Below, one piece after another: positions 54,101 to 64,000 of a DNA stretch of 64,000 nucleotides. Numbering within the stretch: the stretch's first letter is position 1; the number at the start of each line of letters is the position of its first letter. The position numbers and the translations under genes are program-made. This DNA is from Eledone cirrhosa (taxonomy: Eukaryota), in assembly GCA_964016885.1 (NCBI GenBank), contig OZ024753.1, forward strand, positions 15,128,001 through 15,192,000, written 5' to 3'. The notes under the pieces were generated by a model, which was not told the DNA's origin, did no database searches, and saw only the letters and a list, made by a program, of their open reading frames with translations.

Positions 54101-57100
54101 ACAGCATTAATCATCCCGGTTTCTTGTTTAGGAAACTGTTTGATAGCAGACAGCATTAATCATCCCGGTTTCTTGTTTAGGAAACTGTTTGATAGCAGAC
54201 AGCATTAATCATCCCTGTTTCTTGTTTAGGAAACTGTTTGATAGCAGACAGCATTAATCATCCCGGTTTCTTGTTTAGGAAACTGTTTGATAGCAGACAG
54301 CATTAATCATCCCGGTTTCTTGTTTAGGAAACTGTTTGATAGCAGACAGCATTAATCATCCCGGTTTCTTGTTTAGGAAACTGTTTGATAGCAGACAGCA
54401 TTAATCATCCCGGTTTCTTGTTTAGGAAACTGTTTGATAGCAGACGGCATTAATCATCCCTGTTTCTTGTTTAGGAAACTGTTTGATAGCAGACCGCATT
54501 AATCATCCCTGTTTCTTGTTTAGGAAACTGTTTGATAGCAGACGGCATTAATCATCCCTGTTTCTTGTTTAGGAAACTGTTTGATAGCAGACGGCATTAA
54601 TCATCCCTGTTTCTTGTTTAGGAAACTGTTTGATAGCAGACCGCATTAATCGTCCCTGTTTCTTGTTTAGGAAACTGTTTGATAGCAGACTGCATTAATC
54701 ATCCCTGTTTCTTTTTTACGAAACTGTTTGATAGCAGACGGCATTAATCATCCCTGTTTCTTGTTTACGAAACTGTTTGATAGCAGACTGCATTAATCAT
54801 CCCTGTTTCTTGTTTACGAAACTGTTTGATAGCAGACGGCATTAATCATCCCTGTTTCTTGTTTACGAAACTGTTTGATAGCAGACGGCATTAATCATCC
54901 CTGTTTCTTGTTTACGAAACTGTTTGATAGCAGACGGCATTAATCATCCCTGTTTCTTGTTTACGAAACTGTTTGATAGCAGACGGCATTAATCATCCCT
55001 GTTTCTTGTTTACGAAACTGTTTGATAGCAGACGGCATTAATCATCCCTGTTTCTTGTTTACGAAACTGTTTGATAGCAGACTGCATTAATCATCCCTGT
55101 TTCTTGTTTACGAAACTGTTTGATAGCAGACGGCATTAATCATCCCTGTTTCTTGTTTACGAAACTGTTTGATAGCAGACGGCATTAATCATCCCTGTTT
55201 CTTGTTTACGAAACTGTTTGATAGCAGACGGCATTAATCATCCCTGTTTCTTGTTTACGAAACTGTTTGATAGCAGACGGCATTAATCATCCCTGTTTCT
55301 TGTTTACGAAACTGTTTGATAGCAGACTGCATTAATCATCCCTGTTTCTTTTTTACGAAACTGTTTGATAGCAGACCGCATTAATCGTCCCTGTTTCTTG
55401 TTTAGGAAACTGTTTGATAGCAGACGGCATTAATCATCCCTGTTTCTTGTTTACGAAACTGTTTGATAGCAGACTGCATTAATCATCCCTGTTTCTTTTT
55501 TACGAAACTGTTTGATAGCAGACTGCATTAATCATCCCTGTTTCTTGTTTAGGAAACTGTTTGATAGCAGACGGCATTAATCATCCCTGTTTCTTGTTTA
55601 CGAAACTGTTTGATAGCAGACGGCATTAATCGTCCCTGTTTCTTGTTTAGGAAATTGTTTGATAGCAGACTGCATTAATCGTCCCTGTTTCTTGTTTAGG
55701 AAACTGTTTGATAGCAGACCGCATTAATCGTCCCTGTTTCTTGTTTAGGAAACTGTTTGATAGTAGACAGCATTAATCATCCCTGTTTCTTGTTTAGGAA
55801 ACTGTTTGATAGCAGACCGCATTAATCGTCCCTGTTTCTTGTTTAGGAAACTGTTTGATAGCAGACTGCATTAATCATCCCTGTTTCTTTTTTACGAAAC
55901 TGTTTGATAGCAGACCGCATTAATCATCCCTGTTTCTTGTTTAGGAAACTGTTTGATAGCAGACCGCATTAATAATCCCTGTTTCTTTTTTACGAAACTG
56001 TTTGATAGCAGACCGCATTAATCATCCCTGTTTCTTGTTTAGGAAACTGTTTGATAGCAGACTGCATTAATCATCCCTGTTTCTTGTTTAGGAAACTGTT
56101 TGATAGCAGACCGCATTAATCGTCCCTGGGTCTTGTTTACGAAACTGTTTGATAGCAGACCGCATTAATAATCCCTGTTTCTTTTTTACGAGAGTGTTTG
56201 ATAGCAGACCGCATTAATAATCCCTGTTTCTTTTTTACGAAACTGTTTGATAGCAGACCGCATTAATCGTCCCTGGGTCTTGTTTACGAAACTGTTTGAT
56301 AGCAGACCGCATTAATCGTCCCTGGTTCTTGTTTAGGAAACTGTTTGATAGCAGACTGCATTAATAATCCCTGTTTCTTTTTTACGAAACTGTTTGATAG
56401 CAGACCGCATTAATCGTCCCTGGGTCTTGTTTACGAAACTGTTTGATAGCAGACCGCATTAATCGTCCCTGGGTCTTGTTTACGAAACTGTTTGATAGCA
56501 GACCGCATTAATAATCCCTGTTTCTTTTTTACGAAACTGTTTGATAGCAGACTGCATTAATCATCCCTGTTTCTTGTTTAGGAAACTGTTTGATAGCAGA
56601 CCGCATTAATCATCCCTGTTTCTTGTTTAGGAAACTGTTTGATAGCAGACAGCATTAATCGTCCCTGTTTATTGTTTACGAAACTGTTTGATTGCAGACA
56701 GCATTAATCGTCCCTGTTTCTTGTTTAGGAAACTGTTTAATAGCAGACCGCATTAATCGACCCTGTTTCTTGTTTAGGAAACTGTTTGATAGAAGACAGC
56801 ATTAATCGACCCTGTTTCTTGTTTAGGAAACTGTTTGATAGAAGACAGCATTAATCGACCCTGTTTCTTGTTTAGGAAACTGTTTAATAGCAGACCGCAT
56901 TAATCGACCCTGTTTCTTGTTTAGGAAACTGTTTGATAGAAGACAGCATTAATCGACCCTGTTTCTTGTTTAGGAAACTGTTTGATAGAAGACAGCATTA
57001 ATCGACCCTGTTTCTTGTTTAGGAAACTGTTTGATAGCAGACCGCATTAATCGTCCCTGTTTTTGTTCAGGAAACTGTTTGATAGTAGACCGCATTAATC

Positions 57101-60100
57101 GTCGCTGGTTCTTGTTTAGGAAACTCTTTGATAGCAGACGGCATTAATCGTCCTCGTTTCTTGTTTAGGTAACTGTTTGATACAAGAGAGCATTAATTAT
57201 CCCTGTTTCTTGTTCAGGAAACTGTTTGATAATACACAGCATTAATCGTCACTGTTTCTTGTTTAGGAAATTGTTTGATAGCAGACCGCATTAATCGTCC
57301 CTGTTTTTGTTCAGGAAACTGTTTGATAGTAGACCGCATTAATCGTCCCTGGTTCTTGTTTAGGAAACTCTTTGATAGCAGACTGCATTAATCATCCCTG
57401 TTCTTGTTTAAGAAACTGTTTGATAGCAGACCGCATTAATAATCCCTGTTTCTTGTTTAGGAAACTGTTTGATAGCAGACCGCATTAATCGTCCCTGGTT
57501 CTTGTTTAGGAAACTGTTTGATAGCAGACCGTATTAATAATCTCTGTTTCTTGTTTAGGAAACTGTTTGATAGCAGACCGCATTAATCGTCCCTGTTTCT
57601 TGTTTAGGAAACTGTTTGATAGCAGACCGTATTAATAATCTCTGTTTCTTGTTTAGGAAACTGTTTGATAGCAGACCGCATTAATCGTCCCTGTTTCTTG
57701 TTTAGGAAACTGTTTGATAGTAGACAGCATTAATCGTCCCTGTTTCTTGTTTAGGAAACTGTTTGATAGTAGACAGCATTAATCGTCCCTGTTTCTTGTT
57801 TAGGAAACTGTTTGATAGCAGACCGTATTAATAATCTCTGTTTCTTGTTTAGGAAACTGTTTGATAGCAGACGGCATTAATCGTCCCTGTTTCTTGTTTA
57901 GGAAACTGTTTGATAGCAGACAGCATTAATCATCCCTGTTTCTTGTTTAGGAAACTGTTCGATAGCAGACAGCATTAATCACCCCTGTTTCTTGTTTAGG
58001 AAACTGTTTAATAGCAGACCGCATTAATCGACCCTGTTTCTTGTTTAGGAAACTGTTTGATAGCAGACAGCATTAATCGTCCCTGTTTCTTGTTTAGGAA
58101 ACTGTTCGATAGCAGACAGCATTAATCACCCCTGTTTCTTGTTTAGGAAACTGTTCGATAGCAGACAGCATTAATCACCCCTGTTTCTTGTTTAGGAAAC
58201 TCTTTAATAGCAGACCGCATTAATCGACCCTGTTTCTTGTTTAGGAAACTGTTTGATAGCAGACAGCATTAATCGTCCCTGTTTCTTGTTTAGGAAACTG
58301 TTCGATAGCAGACAGCATTAATCACCCCTGTTTCTTGTTTAGGAAACTGTTTAATAGCAGACCGCATTAATCGACCCTGTTTCTTGTTTAGGAAACTGTT
58401 TGATAGCAGACAGCATTAATCGTCCCTGTTTCTTGTTTAGGAAACTGTTCTAAAAGCAGACAGCATTAATCACCCCTGTTTCTTGTTTAGGAAACTGTTT
58501 AATAGCAGACCGCATTAATCGACCCTGTTTCTTGTTTAGGAAACTGTTTGATAGCAGCCAGCATTAATCGTCCCTGTTTCTTGTTTAGGAAACTGTTCGA
58601 TAGCAGACAGCATTAATCACCCCTGTTTCTTGTTTAGGAAACTGTTTAATAGCAGACCGCATTAATCGACCCTGTTTCTTGTTTAGGAAACTGTTTGATA
58701 GAAGACAGCATTAATCGTCCCTGTTTCTTGTTTAGGAAACTGTTCGATAGCAGACAGCATTAATCACCCCTGTTTCTTGTTTAGGAAACTGTTTAATAGC
58801 AGACCGCATTAATCGACCCTGTTTCTTGTTTAGGAAACTGTTTGATAGCAGACCGCATTAATCGACCCTGTTTCTTGTTTAGGAAACTGTTTGATAGCAG
58901 ACAGCATTAATCGTCCCTGTTTCTTGTTTAGGAAACTGTTCGATAGCAGACAGCATTAATCACCCCTGTTTCTTGTTTAGGAAACTGTTTAATAGCAGAC
59001 CGCATTAATCGTCCCTGGTACTTGTTTAGGAAACTCTTTGATAGTAGACTGCATTAATCATCGCTGTTCTTGTTTAAGAAACTGTTTGATAGCAGACCGC
59101 ATTAATAATCCCTGTTTCTTGTTTAGGAAACTGTTTGATAGCAGACAGCATTAATCACCACGGTTTCTTGTTTAGGGAACTGTTTGATAGCAGACCGCAT
59201 TAATCGTCCCTGTTTCTTGTTTACGAAACTGTTTGATAGCAGACAGCATTAATCGTCCCTGTTTCTTGTTTAGGAAACTGTTTAATAGCAGACCGCCTTA
59301 ATCGTACCTGTTTCTTGTTTAGGAAACTGTTTGATAGAAGACAGCATTAATCGACCCTGTTTCTTGTTTAGGAAACTGTTTGACAGCAGACCGCATTAAT
59401 CGTCCCTGGTTCTTGTTTAGGAAACTCTTTGATAGCAGACTGCATTAATCATCCCTGTTTCTTGTGTAGGAAACTGTTTGATAGTAGACAGTATTAATCA
59501 TCCTTGTTTCTTGTTTAGGAAACTGTTTGATAGTAGACCGCATTAATCATCCCTGTTTCTTGTTTAGGAAACTGTTTGATAGTAGACCGCATTAATCGTC
59601 CCTGTTTCTTGTTTAGGAAACTGTTTGATAGTAGACCGCATTAATCGTCCCCGTTTCTTTTTTAGGAAACTGTTTGATAGCAGACCGCTTTAATCGTCCC
59701 TGTTTCTTGTTTAGGAAACTGTTTGGTAGCAGACTGCATTAATCATCCCTGTTTCTTGTTTAGGAAACTGTTTGATAGCAGACCGCATTAATCGTCCCTA
59801 TTTTTGTTTAGGAAACTGTTTGTTAGTAGACCGCATTAATCGTCCCTGTTTCTTGTTTAGGAAACTTTTTGATAGCAGACCGCATTAATCACCCCTGTTT
59901 GTTGTTTAGGAAACTGTTTGATAGCAGACAGCATTAATCATCCCTGTTTCTTGTTTGGGAAACTGTTTGATAAGAGACCGCATTAATCACCTCTGTTTGT
60001 TGTTTAGGAAACTGTTTGATAGCAGACAGCATTAATCGTCCCTGTTTTTGTTTAGGAAACTGTTTGATAGTAGACAGCATTAATCGTCCCTGTTTCTTGT

Positions 60101-63100
60101 TTAGGAAACTGTTTGATAGCAGACAGCATAAATCGTACCTGTTTCTTGTTTAGGAAACTGTTTGATAGCAGACCGCATAAATCGTCCCTGTTTCTTGTTT
60201 AGGAAACTGTTTGATAGCAGACAGCATTAATCGTGCCTGTTTCTTGTTTAGGAAACTGTTTGATAGCAGACAGCATTAACCACCCCTGTTTCTTGTTTAG
60301 GGAACTGTTTGATATTACACAGCATTAATCGTGCCTGTTTCTTGTTTAGGAAACTGTTTGATAGCAGACCGCATTAATCGTCCCTGGTTCTTGTTTAGGA
60401 AACTGTTTGATAGCAGACCGCATTAATCGTCCCTGTTTCTTGTTTGGGAAATTGTTTGATAGCAGACGGCATTAATCATCCCTGTTCTTGTTTAAGAAAT
60501 TGTTTGATAGCAGACCGCATTAATCATCCCTGTTTCTTGTTTAGGAAACTGTTTGATAGCAGACAGCATTAATCATCCCTGTTTCTTGTTTAGGAAACTG
60601 TTTGATAGCAGACCGCATTAATAATCCCTGTTTCTTTTTTACGAAAGTGTTTGATAGCAGACCGCATTAATAATCCCTGTTTCTTTTTTACGAAACTGTT
60701 TGATAGCAGACCGCATTAATCGTCCCTGGTTCTTGTTTAGGAAACTGTTTGATAGCAGACTGCATTAATAATCCCTGTTTCTTTTTTACGAAACTGTTTG
60801 ATAGCAGACCGCATTAATCGTCCCTGGGTCTTGTTTACGAAACTGTTTGATAGCAGACCGCATTAATCGTCCCTGGGTCTTGTTTACGAAACTGTTTGAT
60901 AGCAGACTGCATTAATCATCCCTGTTTCTTGTTTAGGAAACTGTTTGATAGCAGACTGCATTAATAATCCCTGTTTTTTGTTTACGAAACTGTTTGATAG
61001 CAGACTGCATTAATAATCCCTGTTTTTTGTTTACGAAACTGTTTGATAGCAGACTGCATTAATAATCCCTGTTTTTTGTTTACGAAACTGTTTGATAGCA
61101 GACTGCATTAATAATCCCTGTTTTTTGTTTACGAAACTGTTTGATAGCAGACCGCATTAATCGTCCCTTGTTCTTGTTTACGAAACTGTTTGATAGCAGA
61201 CCGCATTAATCGTCCCTGGTTCTTGTTTACGAAACTGTTTGATAGCAGACCGCATTAATCGTCCCTGTTTCTTGTTTACGAAACTGTTTGATAGCAGACC
61301 GCATTAATCGTCCCTGTTTCTTGTTTAGGAAACTGTTTGATAGCAGACCGCATTAATCGTCCCTGTTTCTTGTTTACGAAACTGTTTGATAGCAGACCGC
61401 ATTAATCGTCCCTGTTTCTTGTTTAGGAAACTGTTTGATAGCAGACCGCATTAATCGTCCCTGTTTATTGTTTAGGAAACTGTATGATAGCAGACCGCAT
61501 TAATCGTCCCCGTGTCTTGTTTAGGAAACTGTTTGATAGCAGATAGCATTAATCGTCCCTGTTTTTGTTTAGGAAACTGTTTGATAGTAGACAGCATTAA
61601 TCGTCCCTGGTTCTTGTTTAGGAAACTGTTTGATAGCAGACCGCATTAATCGTCCCTGTTTCTTGTTTAGGAAACTGTTTGATAGCAGACCACATTAATC
61701 ATCCCTGTTTCTTGATTAGGAAACTGTTTGATAGCCGACCGCATTAATCGTCCTCGTTTCTTGTTTAAGAAACTGTTTGATAGCAGACCGCATTAATCGT
61801 CACTCTTTCTTGTTTAGGAAACTGTTTGATAGCAGACTGCATTAATCATCCCTGTTCTTGTTTAAGAAACTGTTTGATAGCAGACCGCATTAATAATCCC
61901 TGGTTCTTGTTTAGGAAACTGTTTGATAGCAGACTGCATTAATAATCCCTGTTTCTTGTTTAAGAAACTGTTTGATAGCAGACCGCATTAATCATCCCTG
62001 TTTCTTGTTTAGGAAACGGTTTGATAGTAGACTGTATTAATCATCCTTGTTTCTTGTTTAGGAAACTGTTTGATAGCAGACCGCATTAATCATCCCTGTT
62101 TCTTGTTTAGGAAACTGTTTAATAGTAGACAGTATTAATCATCCCTGTTTCTTGTTTAGGTAACTGTTTGATAGCAGACCGCATTAATCGTCCCTGTCTC
62201 TTGTTTACGAAACTGTTTGATAGCAGACCGCATTAATCGTCCCTGGTTCTTGTTTAGGAAACTGTTTGATAGCAGACCGCATTAATCGTCCCTGGTTCTT
62301 GTTTAGGAAACTGTTTGATAGCAGACCGCATTAATCGTCCCTTTTCTTGTGTAGGAAACTGTTTGGTAGCACACTGCATTAATCATCCCTATTTTTTGTT
62401 TAGGAAACTGTTTGATAGCAGACCGCATTAATAATCCCTGGTTCTTGTTTAGGAAATTGTTTGAAAGCAGACCGCATTAATAATCCCTGTTTCTTGTTTA
62501 GGAAACTGTTTGGTAGAAGACAGCATTAATCGTCCATGTTCCTTGTTTAGGAAACTGTTTGATAACAGACCACATTAATGATCCCTGTTTCTTGATTAGG
62601 AAACTGTTTGATAGCAGACAGCATTAATCGTCCCTTTTTCTTGCTTAGGTAACTGTTTGATACAAGAAAGCATTAATTATCCCTGTTTCTTCTTTCAGGA
62701 AACTGTTTGAAATTACACAGCATTAATCGTCACTGTTTCTTGTTTAGGAAACTGTTTGATAGCAGACTGCATTAATCATCCCTGTTCTTGTTTAGGAAAC
62801 TGTTTGATAGTAGACAGTATTAATCATCCCTGTCTCTTGTTTAGGAAACTGTTTAATAGTAGACAGTATTAATCATCCTTGTTTCTTGTTTAGGAAACTG
62901 TTTGATAGCAGACCGCATTAATCGTCCCCGTTTCTTGTTTAGGAAACTGTTTGATAGCAGACCACATTAACCATCCCTGTTTCTTGATTAGGAAACTGTT
63001 TGATAGCAGACCGCATTAATCGTCCCTGTTTCTTGTTTAGGAAACTGTTTGATAGCAGACCACATTAATCATCCCTGTTTCTTGATTAGGAAACTGTTTG

Positions 63101-64000
63101 ATAGCAGACCGCATTAATCGTCCTCGTTTCTTGTTTAAGAAACTGTTTGATAGCAGACCGCATTAATCGTCCCTGGTTCTTGTTTAGGAAACTGTTTAAT
63201 AGTAGACAGTATTAATAATCCCTGTTTCTTGTTTAGGAAACTGTTTGATAGCAGACTGCATTAATAATCCCTGTTTCTTGTTTAAGAAACTGTTTGATAG
63301 CAGACCGCATTAATCATCCCTGTTTCTTGTTTAGGAAACTGTTTAATAGTAGACGGTATTAATAATCCCTGTTTCTTCTTTAAGAAACTGTTTGATAGCA
63401 GACCGCATTAATCGTCCCTGTTTCTTGTTTAGGAAACTGTTTGATAGCAGATTGCATTAATCATCCCTGTTTCTTGATTAGGAAACTGTTTGATAGCAGA
63501 CCGCATTAATCGTCCCTGTTTCTTGTTTAGGAAACTGTTTGATAGCAGACCGCATTAATCGTCCCTGTTTCTTGTTTAGGAAACTGTTTGATAGCAGACA
63601 GCATTAATCGTCCCTGTTTCTTGTTTAGGAAACTGTTTGATAGGAGACCGCATTAATCGTCCCTGTTTCTTGTTTAGGAAACTGTTTGATAGCAGACCGC
63701 ATTAATCGTCCCTGTTTCTTGTTTAGGAAACTGTTTGATAGCAGACCGCATTAATGATCCCTGTTTCTTGATTAGGAAACTGTTTGATAGCAGACCGCAT
63801 TAATCGTCCCTGTTTCTTGTTTAGGAAACTGTTTGATAGCAGACTGCATCAATCGTCCCTGTTTCTTGTTTAGGAAACTGTTTGATAGCAGACTGCATTA
63901 ATCGTCCCTGTTTCTTGTTTAGGAAACTGTTTGATAGCAGACCGCATTAATCGTCCCTGTTTCTTGTTTAGGAAACTGTTTGATAGCAGACCGCATTAAT
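42128..64000. repeat. 49-bp tandem satellite array, about 445 copies, runs off the window end
   Basis: Consensus AGACCGCATTAATCGTCCCTGTTTCTTGTTTAGGAAACTGTTTGATAGC. Units start at 42128, 42177 and so on; no interruption was seen. Confidence 0.99.

Noticed and set aside
42128-64000. Satellite as a CRISPR array or a coding repeat
   Set aside because: Monomers are contiguous with no unique spacers, there are no cas genes, the context is eukaryotic, and stops occur in all frames.
42128-64000. Satellite as a hammerhead-containing satellite (newt/schistosome type)
   Set aside because: GAAAC is present but there is no CUGAnGA on either strand (TTGATAG does not fit).

Overview
AT-rich, microsatellite-dense eukaryotic (animal) genomic DNA; the repeat landscape and gene suggest an octopod cephalopod (inference). 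One protein-coding exon is supportable: a 3.8-kb minus-strand first coding exon of a small-conductance Ca2+-activated K+ channel (SK/KCNN), with about 1,200 aa of low-complexity N-terminus. Positions 1-19107 are therefore probably its intron. Positions 1-42 kb hold tRNA-derived SINEs, RTE and R4/Dong-type LINE fragments, a Penelope-type GIY-YIG fragment and piggyBac/hAT-like MITEs. They also hold a striking set of short fold-back (inverted-repeat) elements from several unrelated families sitting in (TA)n tracts. Many of these carry minimal type I hammerhead ribozyme cores (CUGAnGA...GAAA...NUH), with compensatory base changes visible between copies. From 42128 to the window end is a 49-bp satellite (about 445 copies) with 147-bp trimeric, 528-bp and about 10-kb higher-order structure. 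Almost all ORFs in the supplied track are microsatellite artefacts. All alignments and folds were done by eye.
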